The notes below the pieces were generated by a model. It was given only the letters and a program-made list of their open reading frames with translations, did no database searches and was not told the origin of the DNA. 64,000 nt of DNA from an uncultured virus (IMG/VR IMGVR_UViG_3300047195_000798) (Duplodnaviria; Heunggongvirae; Uroviricota; Caudoviricetes), in IMG/VR virus record IMGVR_UViG_3300047195_000798, one strand, 5' to 3'. Both the position numbers and the translations under genes were made by a program. Below are positions 8,469-18,747 of this stretch, piece by piece. The number at the start of each line of letters is the position of its first letter. The stretch's first letter is position 1.

Positions 8469-9464
8469 ATGAATCGGATGGAAGAAATACAATTCAAGGC
8501 ATTTGTCCTGAAAGAGATTAGGAATTTTTTTGATCTGAAGCGCATACCCGAGGTGAGATATAACCAATTCTCGTTCGCAGGGTCGTGCGAGAGTGCACCG
8601 ACAACGTACTGGTTGGACAAACCAGGGCAGGCGCTAATGCTCCCCCAAACGAGGCAGATACTGGCTGAAGAGGATCTCATACGCAACGGCGTCGATGCCG
8701 TGTGGATGATGCAGACGAGCTTCCGCGACGAGCCGAAGGTGGGCGATGGGCGCCACTGCAACCAATTCCTGTTGTGCGAGCTGGAACAGCAGAAGATGTC
8801 ATTGAAAGAGCTGGTGGACTTCGAAGAGGAAATGACCAAATACATGATTACGAAAGCATTGGTCTATTTCGAAATACATCCAATAGCAACGAAAGCGAAC
8901 ATTGCGCGGCTGAAGGCAACGCTTGGACTGAAAAGCTGGCCGAGGGCAACGTACACGGACGTCATAAAGATGTTGAATGAACATGGTGTATCCGTGAATT
9001 GGGGAGAGGATTTCAGCAGCGTCGAGGAGCAGTTCATCTGCGGGATGTTCGAAGATATCCCTATCCCTGTGGCGGTCACCGAATATCCGGAGTCGTTGAA
9101 ATATTTCAACATGTACGAGAAGCGTGACCAAAATATGTATTCGAAGAAGGCCGTGGTCGAATGCTGCGATCTTCTGCTTCCATTTGCCGGAGAGACCTTC
9201 GGGTCATCGAGAAGGGAAGTGGATGGGAACCGGATACGGAAGCGGTTCAGGGATGGTTCCATGTCCCGGCAGCTGAAGGAGCGCCTCATGGCCAGACCGG
9301 ATGTGGAGACCGAAGAGGCAGCTGACAAGATCATGAAAGATGCGTTTGAACCATACTTCCAATTGTTCGATGGCGGGAGGACACACGACCGGGCCGGGTT
9401 CGGGATGGGTGTCGGAAGATTGGGTCAGTTCCTGCTCGGTTCAACAAGGATCGTGGAGATATAG
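8469..9464 (+). CDS. Class II aaRS catalytic-domain-only protein (AsnRS2 / archaeal asparagine synthetase A-like)
   Basis: Motif 2 TSFRDEP...DGRHCNQF..CELE, DLLLPFAGETFGS..RE, motif 3 AGFGMGVGRL; no N-terminal OB-fold anticodon-binding domain (331 aa). Confidence 0.8.
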   Translation: MNRMEEIQFKAFVLKEIRNFFDLKRIPEVRYNQFSFAGSCESAPTTYWLDKPGQALMLPQTRQILAEEDLIRNGVDAVWMMQTSFRDEPKVGDGRHCNQFLLCELEQQKMSLKELVDFEEEMTKYMITKALVYFEIHPIATKANIARLKATLGLKSWPRATYTDVIKMLNEHGVSVNWGEDFSSVEEQFICGMFEDIPIPVAVTEYPESLKYFNMYEKRDQNMYSKKAVVECCDLLLPFAGETFGSSRREVDGNRIRKRFRDGSMSRQLKERLMARPDVETEEAADKIMKDAFEPYFQLFDGGRTHDRAGFGMGVGRLGQFLLGSTRIVEI

Positions 9465-10017
9465 ATGATGATGAAAAAAGTAAAGTTAGAAGTTAAATGC
9501 CCTTTTTGTGATAAGGGGCATATAATCCATTTAGAAATCAAAATAACTGATTTTTGGGGAATGGAGAAATAAGATGTATTGCTTTGAATGTAAAGTCAAT
9601 CACAATCCAAATCAGAAATGTATGCGGGACATAAAGGCAGTTGAAGGAGGTGAATGAAATGTTGCCATTGTGGTTAAAACTATTAGCATTAGGATATCTA
9701 ATTAAAATTGTATATTACACTTGCTATCTACTCAAGCATTGGAAACCATATTAAAAAAGCCTGGAATAGATATATGAAAGTAGTACACATGAATCTCAGC
9801 AGTGAAGAGCTCGACGAACTTTCAAATGGAGAAGTTTTGAATAAACATGTTGGCGAGCTGTTCATTCAGGTACATCACACATCCAATATTATTGAAAAGA
9901 AAAGCGAAACCTGTGAGATAGAAGGGTGCGAGAGCGTGGCAACGTGTTTTATATACACCGATAAAGGGATTGGAAGTTTTTGTTTTGAGCATTATCAGAA
10001 GACAAAATGGGAGTGAC

Positions 10018-10359
10018 ATGAGCGAATACTCAAAAAATTATTACCAAACTCATAAAGAGCAGATAAAACGCAATGTTGGCAAATATCGCAAGAAGCATCG
10101 TGCAGAGATATTGAAGCAAAAAGCAGAATATAATCGGAGCGCAAGTGCAAAGGCAATTCGGAAACAGTATAGAAAAAGACGAAGGATCCTTGAAAAGCTT
10201 GGCGACCCGGACAAGATAATAGAATTGTGCAAACAGCACGGATTCTCCAACAAGGCTGCCGAAGCCATTGCACTCGATGGGGACCTTTTAAATGATAGGC
10301 TGGGATTGAGGAGAGCGATGAATGATGAAAAAATTTTGGAAGTTCAAAGTAAGGAATAA
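10018..10359 (+). CDS. Basic helical hypothetical protein (resembles the N-terminal arm of phage HNH proteins)
   Basis: YSKNYYQTHKEQIK...KYRKKHRAEILKQKAEY repeats. Confidence 0.5.
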   Translation: MSEYSKNYYQTHKEQIKRNVGKYRKKHRAEILKQKAEYNRSASAKAIRKQYRKRRRILEKLGDPDKIIELCKQHGFSNKAAEAIALDGDLLNDRLGLRRAMNDEKILEVQSKE

Positions 10360-10529
10360 AGATGCAATGGGCTGGTTCATCTGGACGCCGGTATTTATCA
10401 CTGTAACTCAGGTGCTAACTTTTATCGCACCGCGCCAGAACCGCGACCGGGTGTCCTTGAACCGACAGATATCCTCGTTGAGGATACATACCCATCTGGT
10501 GAAATAGCAGAATTGATTTTGGGGGAAAA

Positions 10530-10736
10530 ATGTTCAGATCGTGGCCTGGTTCAAAAAGCAGGCGGGATTGTGATTGTAACAAGGGGGCGACATGCAGCAC
10601 CCCCGGTTGTGGCCGTATTGCGAAGGTAAAAGGATTGTGCATACGATGTTACGAGCATAAAAGAAAGGGATGCAAAGAATACAGGGAGAATTTGAAAATG
10701 AGAAATGGGGTGGTGGAATCATGCAATTGCAAATAG
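10530..10736 (+). CDS. Small zinc-finger protein
   Basis: CSTPGC...KGLCIRCY. Confidence 0.5.
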   Translation: MFRSWPGSKSRRDCDCNKGATCSTPGCGRIAKVKGLCIRCYEHKRKGCKEYRENLKMRNGVVESCNCK

Positions 10737-10978
10737 GTCATATCTACATCATTCGTGGCATGGGTGAGATGAAATTACTTAAACAACCAGTGAAGAGACG
10801 AATAGAGATTTTTGTGTTGGAACAACCATCTGGTTCGAAGTATTATGCTGCCGCTGAACAGTTCGTCAAAGAAGCGACGGAAGCAGATATCGAAGCACGG
10901 AAAAAGGAATTGATATCACGAGACTTGCACAACGAAGCAAAACTGTTGCAAGTGTTGTGGGCTGGAAGGAGCGTGTAA
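10721..10978 (+). CDS. Hypothetical protein, paralog of 12259-12516
   Basis: MQLQIGHIY...EATEADI..RK..LI.R..H.EA.LLQ.LW.GR shared with the paralog. Confidence 0.75.
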   Translation: MQLQIGHIYIIRGMGEMKLLKQPVKRRIEIFVLEQPSGSKYYAAAEQFVKEATEADIEARKKELISRDLHNEAKLLQVLWAGRSV

Positions 10979-10979
10979 A

Positions 10980-11663
10980 ATGAAAGAAATAGAATTTTCG
11001 GAATCGGTTAAACGATTAAAATATTTCACAAAGAAGGGGCCAAACAGCTGGTATGTACAATCACAAAAAGACAGATATCTCGAATCGTTTTATGTCTCGA
11101 TAGTTCCACCAGGTGGCATCATCGTGATGACCGGCGACTACGATGGTGTGATGGTCAATCCATATTGCAGTGATGCGAAGGAAGCAATCCGTTGGATGGC
11201 AGGTGCAACGACTCTTTCATATTTTGCCGAGAAAGTGGGACTTGCTAATCAGTATCATCGGAAAACGGAATACAACTCGGAGAAGGCCGCGGAAGAACTA
11301 GCAGACCGGATATGCGGTTATTTCGATATGGAACTAATAAGCGATTATGTAAAAACGATATTCAACAAATACGAATACGACGGGCAGGATCTTGAAAAGA
11401 AATTACTAGCTATCGAAGATTTTGATGTGGGGGCAAATATAAAAAAGATAAAAGATGCATTAGATTGTGTAATCGATAATGGCCTTGAGATGATTGACAA
11501 TTTCCACGAAGTCTGCTCGGATTTAGAGCGTCTCGGAATTCATGACACTTGGGAACTGAATCCAGATATATATACCGACCAGCTGAAATGGCAACATCAA
11601 TTGCTTCTCTGGTGGGCGAACAACGTCATCGACAAACAAGACGTAGAATATTTCGAGGTGTAA
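10980..11663 (+). CDS. Phage-type hypothetical protein
   Basis: 227-aa ORF in a tightly packed operon, IVMTGDY...YFAEKV motif. Confidence 0.65.
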   Translation: MKEIEFSESVKRLKYFTKKGPNSWYVQSQKDRYLESFYVSIVPPGGIIVMTGDYDGVMVNPYCSDAKEAIRWMAGATTLSYFAEKVGLANQYHRKTEYNSEKAAEELADRICGYFDMELISDYVKTIFNKYEYDGQDLEKKLLAIEDFDVGANIKKIKDALDCVIDNGLEMIDNFHEVCSDLERLGIHDTWELNPDIYTDQLKWQHQLLLWWANNVIDKQDVEYFEV

Positions 11664-11666
11664 GAT

Positions 11667-11885
11667 ATGGAAAAGAAACACTATGGACGGCGAGAAGATC
11701 CTACGCCAATCTTGTGTGCCAGATGTGGTTGGAAAGGGCGAGTGAAGGATTCGGTCCATACATATCATGGATTTGTAGTTGGAGTGGACGGCGATGGCAA
11801 CGTTGAAGAAGATGTGGAGGCAGTGGATGAATGTCCTGGTTGTGGAAGCGACCAGCTCATCGAGGTGAAACATGAAAAGATTTAG
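11667..11885 (+). CDS. Zinc-ribbon protein
   Basis: CARCGW...CPGCGS. Confidence 0.65.
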   Translation: MEKKHYGRREDPTPILCARCGWKGRVKDSVHTYHGFVVGVDGDGNVEEDVEAVDECPGCGSDQLIEVKHEKI

Positions 11886-12020
11886 CGAACTGGATGTATG
11901 GGAATTATTAAACGAACTTGAAGAAAAGCTTAAAGAGGGCATGGGCCGAGAATGCCATGGTATAAAGATTTCTGAAATCTTTGATGCATTCAAAGAGGAA
12001 AAAGGACTGTTGGATTTGAG

Positions 12021-12248
12021 TTGATGACGATGACGACATTCAAAGGCATCTTAGCGATGGGTGAGGCGTTGAGAAAGATTGGCAAGCAGTATCTTACGCT
12101 GAACGAGTTGACCGGCTTGCTACAGTCGTACAGCGGATCATTCCGCAATGATACGATAAAGAATTATATGGTGGTGCTCCAGAGCCATGGCTACATAAAA
12201 TCGGTCACGGTGAACGGAGCTCCCATGTGGGAGATATTGAAAAAATAG
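12021..12248 (+). CDS. Small winged-helix-like protein
   Basis: TIKNYMVVLQSHGYIK followed by a beta hairpin. Confidence 0.5.
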   Translation: MMTMTTFKGILAMGEALRKIGKQYLTLNELTGLLQSYSGSFRNDTIKNYMVVLQSHGYIKSVTVNGAPMWEILKK

Positions 12249-12258
12249 GGGGCACACT

Positions 12259-12516
12259 ATGGAATTACAAATAGGGCACATCTATCTTATCAATGGAGGT
12301 GATTATCTGAAACTGGCGAACATACCAAAGTCAAAAGAACTGAACATCGAATGCAGAACGCCGGGGGGCTCTCGATATTATGTTGCTGAAGAAGACATGA
12401 TCAGAGAGGCCACTGAAGAAGACATCAAAATAAGAAAGGAAGCATTGATTGCCCGCAACATGCATAAGGAAGCAGAGTTGCTGCAGACACTGTGGGATGG
12501 ACGGGAGGTCTCATAA
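12259..12516 (+). CDS. Hypothetical protein, paralog of 10721-10978
   Basis: Direct alignment over the full length. Confidence 0.75.
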   Translation: MELQIGHIYLINGGDYLKLANIPKSKELNIECRTPGGSRYYVAEEDMIREATEEDIKIRKEALIARNMHKEAELLQTLWDGREVS

Positions 12517-13379
12517 TGGAAAAAGATACAATCGAGGGATCGCGTACTTTGGAACGAGAATTGAAAAAGGAAGGTATAACCGTCGAAGTGAAGATGGAAG
12601 AGGTGCATTGGAGCGTCTACAATATGGACCACATCTACGAGATGCTCCACTTTGTCTCTGAAAGATTTTATAATGTCGGCTGTTCGCAATGCAAGACGAT
12701 GTGCTGCGCGAACCAGGCCCTGGAAATTCAAAAAGACGAACAGAAGGAACTGGCAAAACATTTGAAGATGAAACCTATTGAATTTCGAAAAAAATACACG
12801 AAGACGAAAGAAAACTATCTGCGGGGGATGTGCCATGGTGAGGGAGGCAAAGTGGTTAGCAAAGCAGGACAATCTATGATGAATGCTCCCGGCCGGATTC
12901 TCGTGTTCGAAGAATCGGAAGATAAGATACAACTGGACCGCCCGATAACTATCGACGGGAAGACCCATACGGAGTGCGGCGTGATGTACTGTCCCTTCTA
13001 TGCCAAGGAAACCCATCGGTGCAAGGTGCATGATGCAAGACCGTCGGCCTGCAGGATTTATCCCTTCCTGAGGGTGAATTTCGATACGATGGAAGTGAGG
13101 AAGGCGACAGCATGCCTCATCACCGACAGGTTCCTTGAGCGATTCATTGAAATGTTCTCCACTTCTGAGATCAAATCGGTACAGACGATAATCAAAGACA
13201 TCAAAGAGGCATTGGCAACGAAAGAGTATTACAATCATTTCTATCTACCATGGCATCTGGTGTTAATGTATCTTGGATTGGAGTTCTATAATCACGGCTG
13301 GTTACAGCTGTCCGTAGACCTGCTGAAGAGATTGGAGCGCGAAGCAGCGATGACGAAGACGGAAGCAAGAGGGAAATGA
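12516..13379 (+). CDS. YkgJ-family (CxxCxxCC) cysteine cluster protein
   Basis: CSQCKTMCC ... CPFY...CKVHDARPSACRIYPF; TAATG overlap start. Confidence 0.85.
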   Translation: MEKDTIEGSRTLERELKKEGITVEVKMEEVHWSVYNMDHIYEMLHFVSERFYNVGCSQCKTMCCANQALEIQKDEQKELAKHLKMKPIEFRKKYTKTKENYLRGMCHGEGGKVVSKAGQSMMNAPGRILVFEESEDKIQLDRPITIDGKTHTECGVMYCPFYAKETHRCKVHDARPSACRIYPFLRVNFDTMEVRKATACLITDRFLERFIEMFSTSEIKSVQTIIKDIKEALATKEYYNHFYLPWHLVLMYLGLEFYNHGWLQLSVDLLKRLEREAAMTKTEARGK

Positions 13380-13801
13380 TGGAAGAAGAGTTGACTACAT
13401 CTCGAAAAGTGAATATACAGATGGATCGGTTGAAAGGGCTGCTTGAGGGGCGATATGAGTTCAAACTGGACGAATATTACAATCTAACCATTTATGTAGT
13501 AAAAAAGACGGAAGTAGAAAAAAAGACGCTGTTCAAGAAATTAATGGTCATGACTTGGGATAAGAAGGAAGTTGTAGAAATAAGGCATATGTACGAACTG
13601 AACATGATAACGGTCTACGATGAAAAGGTATATCCTCTCATAAAACAGTTCGGAGATGAGTTCGGATACCGATGCCTACAGAAGGATTGGCCTGGTGCAG
13701 AAGATCAAGAGGGCACCCATGCACCGTCAAAGAAACAAAAGCGGAAAATGGAAGAGGAGACCCTGGGGCCAAGATATGAAAGGATGGTGAAGGAAAAATG
13801 A
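13376..13801 (+). CDS. Hypothetical protein
   Basis: ATGA-coupled ORF in operon, ends GPRYERMVKEK. Confidence 0.6.
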   Translation: MMEEELTTSRKVNIQMDRLKGLLEGRYEFKLDEYYNLTIYVVKKTEVEKKTLFKKLMVMTWDKKEVVEIRHMYELNMITVYDEKVYPLIKQFGDEFGYRCLQKDWPGAEDQEGTHAPSKKQKRKMEEETLGPRYERMVKEK

Positions 13802-14283
13802 AAGATAATATTGTAAAAAAAGCATTTTGGTGGCTGTATAAAAAGCCAAAATGGAAAAAGAGCGGTATCGGATTGGTAGCGGAGATGATACTGAGCCTCT
13901 GTGTTGGAGGGCTGGCTGGATGGGCCATCATATTTGCTGCGACAGGGAACCCGCTGTATTTGCTATTTGTGGCACCGGTATGTTTCCATTTGTTTATGAT
14001 CGGTATGAGTCTGCGGAGATTAAATCGTGAACACAAAGAACGGGAAAAGGAGTTCTTCAAAGAGCACGGGATGGATATGATGACATATATCAAGAACGCT
14101 GGAGTAGAAATAGAAGCACTCAAGAAAAAAGTGGAGGCTTCGCTGGACGAGCTCGTGCGACGTGGGCTGATAAAAGAAGAGTTCGACAAGGATGGAAAGC
14201 AGTGCTGGTACATCCCGGATGACAAGGTGAAGGACGTCGAAGCGTTCTTAAAGGAATTGGATGAAAAGGAAAAGGGAGTGTGA
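13798..14283 (+). CDS. Two-TM membrane protein with C-terminal wHTH-like segment
   Basis: Two hydrophobic segments; LDELVRRGLIKEE...WY. Confidence 0.6.
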   Translation: MKDNIVKKAFWWLYKKPKWKKSGIGLVAEMILSLCVGGLAGWAIIFAATGNPLYLLFVAPVCFHLFMIGMSLRRLNREHKEREKEFFKEHGMDMMTYIKNAGVEIEALKKKVEASLDELVRRGLIKEEFDKDGKQCWYIPDDKVKDVEAFLKELDEKEKGV

Positions 14284-14286
14284 TTA

Positions 14287-14580
14287 ATGAATAAGATAAA
14301 AGATGTCATTGGTTGGATACTTTCTGCAATGCTGTTTATTGTTATCCCAATGATCGTCATCACAATACTGGATAATAGCATTCCTTTATTTTTCGGAACT
14401 ATAACATTAGTCATCGCTATCATATTGATAGGGCTGTTCTGCGAACAATCACCATATGCCGATGATGTATACTGTAAAAAATGTAGCAAAGTAACAAAAC
14501 AGCGTGTCGTTGTTCCTGGCCTTCGGTTCATGCCAAAGTTTGAATGCAAAGAATGCTCAACTTTAAACGATACGGGGTGA
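14287..14580 (+). CDS. Two-TM protein with zinc ribbon
   Basis: Two TM segments; CKKC...CKEC. Confidence 0.6.
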   Translation: MNKIKDVIGWILSAMLFIVIPMIVITILDNSIPLFFGTITLVIAIILIGLFCEQSPYADDVYCKKCSKVTKQRVVVPGLRFMPKFECKECSTLNDTG

Positions 14581-15440
14581 ATGACCATGAATCATTTGTT
14601 CATCCCGCGACCGGAACTGTGTCAGATATCGAACGAAACGGTGATGCCGTGAGGAACAAAGGAAAAAGTTCTTGTACCTTGTGCCGGAAATTTTTCAAAA
14701 GGAAAGAATTGACGGTCTGCAGAGGTGGACGACTGTGTAAGAATTGCGAGGAAAAATATGGGGAAGTTCATCTGATTGGGCCTCGTTGGGGGGAATGATG
14801 TGAAGGACGTCTACAGCCCAAATAGTCACATATGGAGGGCGATGAAGCGACCGAAGCCGGGAACGCACTGTGAAATATGCGGTTCAACAGAAAAGCTACA
14901 AGCGTACCGGCTGTCGTGTATGAAGCAGACGGTATGCAAGAAATGTTTGGATAAAGCAAAAAGGAGGAAAAAATGAAAAAGGGGAGACCAAGTTACGGTG
15001 AATCCGGGCGGGAATATGAACGATGAAAAAGATATGACCGTGGCAATGAGCTGCTATTGGTACGAACAGTGGTATCTGAAGGAGATATCGCCACATCTGG
15101 ATTGGGAACAAAAAGTGAGCCTGGCAAAGCGCATTGGCAACTTGTCGGAAGAAATACCAATCTTCGAGCCAGGATTTAAGTTCCCGAAAAAGGATTTCCC
15201 AGAGATTGAAAAATACGTGAGGACAGATGAGCTGACAGGCATCCAACTATATGCGACACTAATGATGATCGCAACGGAGCTACCAGAGATGCCACCGGGG
15301 CGAAAGAGAGCATCTGAGATTGCAGGCAAGCCAATATTACCAGATCTACCGAGGTGAAAGATTTTTTAGGAATAATTAAAAGGAATTAATTGATTAGCAG
15401 GACGGGAAAGAGATATGACACCAATTAAAGAAGGGATGAA

Positions 15441-15749
15441 ATGATCTGCCCGGTATGCGGTAATTCTTTTCAGGATGATAGCAACGAAGAATCGAAGGAG
15501 CCGTGCCCAGGTTGTAAAGGGAAGATACATCATATTATGAAGATTGAATGTACGATAGACTGCGGGATGAATGGAATAACAAGGCACGATGGCGTGTTCC
15601 TTCTTGATAATATCACAAAGCTTATCCTGGGTAGGGGATTCACCCCACTAGATGTAGATTTTCTTGAGGATTATAGTTGGAGAGAGATGCCATTGAAAAA
15701 AGATGAACTGAAGGTTCTTCAGTTAATGAAGGACGGGAAAGAAGAATAA
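15441..15749 (+). CDS. Zinc-ribbon hypothetical protein
   Basis: CPVCG...CPGC; preceded by a degenerate copy of the 18-bp junction motif. Confidence 0.6.
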   Translation: MICPVCGNSFQDDSNEESKEPCPGCKGKIHHIMKIECTIDCGMNGITRHDGVFLLDNITKLILGRGFTPLDVDFLEDYSWREMPLKKDELKVLQLMKDGKEE

Positions 15750-15750
15750 T

Positions 15751-16020
15751 ATGACAGACATCTTGATACGGACGAAAAAAGAGAACATAGCGCATAAGAT
15801 GGAATCGCAAGGAATAATACATGCATGGTGGACAATACCTGGTGTACCGAAGAAAGAGATAGATTCTGTGATGTTCACCGACGGAAAGAGAGTAATCGCG
15901 GAAGGGAAAGCGATAGGATTCGATCAGAAGAAGAAGGCAATCGTATTCCGTCCATTGAAGAAAGTAAATGAGCCCTTGCCAAAGAAAGCTCCTGCGAGGG
16001 GATTCACATATGTTGACTAA
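15751..16020 (+). CDS. Hypothetical protein (ASCH/PUA-like ending RGFTY)
   Basis: Coupled ORF, PARGFTYV C-terminus. Confidence 0.5.
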   Translation: MTDILIRTKKENIAHKMESQGIIHAWWTIPGVPKKEIDSVMFTDGKRVIAEGKAIGFDQKKKAIVFRPLKKVNEPLPKKAPARGFTYVD

Positions 16021-16227
16021 AGCAAGAAAACTACTTAAAGTTGAGGCAGTTCATCCATAAAAAACACAATTAAGGAGGTACAAAATGAAGCAAGGATTCT
16101 GTGCCAAATGTAATATGCCCGTTGAAGATTGCATCTGTTTGACGATAGAAGAGAGTTGACGAATGGAGAGGACAATCAACAATTATCGTGAGTTCAATCA
16201 ACTGATATCAATGTTGGATGTTTTGAA

Positions 16228-16617
16228 ATGAAGTATCAAGACGCATTGAAGAAGATAGAAAAGTGGCTCGAAGAAAAAGGAATCAGGGAACATTGCCGTA
16301 CGGTATGCAAGGGAAACTGCTGCTTTCATGTCTGCGGTGACAAGAGGTGCTCACGTCCGCCATTGCCATGTGCGATATATCTCTGTAAGGAAATGAAAGA
16401 AAAGCTGTTCGGCTTTCACAATGGAGAGAAATATCATGCCAAGTATCTCATAGTGACCAGCATCGTATTTGGATCAGATGCATGGGACCTATGCGACATG
16501 GGGAAAATAGCAGAGGACATCGATGTCGATATACCTAACAGATTGATAGAATCGCTTGTTACCATGAAATACGCTCCGGATATTCACGGATGGCCTGAGA
16601 ATGTGGCGAACGGCTGA
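16228..16617 (+). CDS. Cysteine-rich hypothetical protein
   Basis: HCRTVCKGNCCFHVC...PLPCAIYLC. Confidence 0.6.
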   Translation: MKYQDALKKIEKWLEEKGIREHCRTVCKGNCCFHVCGDKRCSRPPLPCAIYLCKEMKEKLFGFHNGEKYHAKYLIVTSIVFGSDAWDLCDMGKIAEDIDVDIPNRLIESLVTMKYAPDIHGWPENVANG

Positions 16618-16956
16618 AATGGAAAAGGTGAAGAATGTAATCCTCAAATCGATGATAGCCGATGGATTAGATCCAGAATTCGTCTATTCAATCGAATACA
16701 GGTCCTTTTCCGAACTAGAGCCAAAGTTGAGGAAGCAATACGAGATTCGTAAAGCAAGAGAGAACATCCGAAAAATTAAGATTATTGCAATAAGGATGCC
16801 GCCAATACGATATGAATTCATTGGTCAGCATCGCCAAGTATTTTTGATGGGAGGATATGAATGAAAGACAGATATCTGCTCTGGTTTGCATTGTACGGCA
16901 TCATCCAAGGTTGTTATTACAGTGCCGTGGTCAATGCTATTTGTGTGGGGTAGAAA

Positions 16957-17364
16957 ATGCGAACCCGTCTGAAAGAAAAGAATCGGCAGAGATCCATCTT
17001 TTCAGGGGTATTTGTGAGATATGGGAAAAAGAACGGATGGAAGGGAAAGACCGAGCAGACAATATTGCTCAAGAATATTCGAGATGCCCATGGTATTCTT
17101 GTTTCAGACCACCTCTGGTTCAATCAGACGAAAGGGTTTGCAGCTCTCGAACTGAAAGACGGGGATGTTGTTCAATTTAAGGCGCGGGTGAAAGAATACG
17201 AAAAGGGATATAAAGGCCGCAGGGAAGATGAATTATTTGAAGAACATCCGATGGAGACGGATTACAAATTGAGCAATCCGACCGACATCAAAAAGAAGGT
17301 AGAAAAAAGGATAGTGAGATTGCCAAAATTGCCAAAGGGGCAGATGGTATTGGAGGGAATATGA
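16957..17364 (+). CDS. Phage-type OB-fold-like hypothetical protein
   Basis: TILLKNI...DHLWF...GDVVQFKARVKEYEKGY...DYKLSNPT. Confidence 0.7.
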   Translation: MRTRLKEKNRQRSIFSGVFVRYGKKNGWKGKTEQTILLKNIRDAHGILVSDHLWFNQTKGFAALELKDGDVVQFKARVKEYEKGYKGRREDELFEEHPMETDYKLSNPTDIKKKVEKRIVRLPKLPKGQMVLEGI

Positions 17365-17455
17365 CCATTCGTTGTAGGGCGCCATGTTGGCATAGGAAAA
17401 AAACTGATACGTATGCAGGTCGTGTTTGGGCAAAAATAGAATCGGAGGTAGTAAT

Positions 17456-17797
17456 ATGACACTCACCGTGCGCTTCTCAAACGACTATTACAAATTGCCA
17501 GAATCCTGGAATGGCATGGAAGCAGTCTTGATTGGAGTAAGCCATTGTAGCGATATTCAGAAACTGAAAAAGGACTATCCGCATTTCATCGACTACGATT
17601 CAACGATACGAAGCGAAGATCCATGGAAGCAGGACAAATATCCATTGGATTTCAAAGAAGGCATCATCCTGATATTCGTTATGAAAGAGACGGGCGTACC
17701 TTTTACGACCATCCGGCGATGTTATCCGGACAAGCTAAAATATTATGAAGGGCGCCTATGGGAGACGTTCAAGCTGGAACACAGCGAGCAAGGGTGA
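17456..17797 (+). CDS. ASCH/PUA-like hypothetical protein, paralog of 60018-60338
   Basis: FSNDYYKLP...AVLIGV...TGVPFTTIRR...KYY; GGAGGT RBS. Confidence 0.7.
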   Translation: MTLTVRFSNDYYKLPESWNGMEAVLIGVSHCSDIQKLKKDYPHFIDYDSTIRSEDPWKQDKYPLDFKEGIILIFVMKETGVPFTTIRRCYPDKLKYYEGRLWETFKLEHSEQG

Positions 17798-17801
17798 GAG
17801 G

Positions 17802-18350
17802 ATGATCCGTAGTTGGGAAATAGCGAGCTTAAAAAAAGCAAATGCAACACGAAAGATGATATCAATTGCGCTATTAAGTGTAATAGTAGCATTCTCTCTG
17901 ACAAGTGCATACAAGACAGTGGAGATACAAATGAAGCTGACTGAAGTGGATGCACGGAACAAAATTTCCGAAGGGACAGTAAACAAACTGATGAATTCAT
18001 ATAATCACAAATTGAAGGATCCGAATGCTACCGAACTGTTACAGTTTTTGGCTTTGGATAGAACGAACGAGTGCACATATTCGGGACAATTCAACTGTGT
18101 AGAATTTTCTGCGATGATGATATCAAATGCGATAGAGCAAGGATGGAACTGCGGCCTCGTGCAGATATGGTATTCTCTTTACTTTCTGCCCGTTCCGGGG
18201 GGAGGACATGCAATGGTTGCATTCGATATAAGGAATCTGGGGATCGTTTTCGTGGAGCCGCAGAATGACGAGATAATACCCGCATTGAAACCAGGGGACA
18301 ATTGTTTCAATGCTACCATTCTGTCGGTAGAAGTACACTGGTGTGGCTGA
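17802..18350 (+). CDS. Membrane-anchored transglutaminase/papain-like cysteine peptidase domain protein
   Basis: FNCVEFS ... GHAMVAF ... VFVEPQND gives a Cys-His-Glu triad order; N-terminal hydrophobic segment. Confidence 0.7.
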   Translation: MIRSWEIASLKKANATRKMISIALLSVIVAFSLTSAYKTVEIQMKLTEVDARNKISEGTVNKLMNSYNHKLKDPNATELLQFLALDRTNECTYSGQFNCVEFSAMMISNAIEQGWNCGLVQIWYSLYFLPVPGGGHAMVAFDIRNLGIVFVEPQNDEIIPALKPGDNCFNATILSVEVHWCG

Positions 18351-18747
18351 GATGGACGAACACATCCCGAGAAAAGAGATCGCAGAGGATATTCTTGAAT
18401 TCTGCAAAAAGAATAAGAAGAGATTTTTCGTTGTAAGATATGCAGTTGGAAAGATAATGTGCGCAAAGAGGAAAGAACCGTACACTCCGTGCGAGTTGGC
18501 GCAAGGAATACGGTACGTCAGGGAAAGAAGAGCGATGGTACGAGTGAGCAATTATCGCTGGCGCATAGAGTCATACGAACTAAAAGATTCATGGGAAGAT
18601 GTACTGAAGGCCGCAGGTAGAACTGACGAGCAGATACGTGCAATAAAGGATTTCGGAAGATTGGCGAAAGCAATGGAAAATGGAAAACCTATCGATCAAT
18701 TAATAGAAAAACTAGCAGATAAATACAGAGCGGAGGGTGAGAAATGA
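18343..18747 (+). CDS. Hypothetical protein
   Basis: Overlap-coupled ORF in operon. Confidence 0.55.
   Translation: MAEMDEHIPRKEIAEDILEFCKKNKKRFFVVRYAVGKIMCAKRKEPYTPCELAQGIRYVRERRAMVRVSNYRWRIESYELKDSWEDVLKAAGRTDEQIRAIKDFGRLAKAMENGKPIDQLIEKLADKYRAEGEK

Noticed and set aside
12378..14588. Long minus-strand ORFs 12378-13238 and 13638-14588
   Set aside because: They are shadows of well-supported, translationally coupled plus-strand genes and have no recognisable motifs.
17366..17395. Additional copy of the junction motif (CATTCGTTGTAGGG before an ATG)
   Set aside because: It is only a partial match and the following ORF is three codons long, so it is too weak to count.
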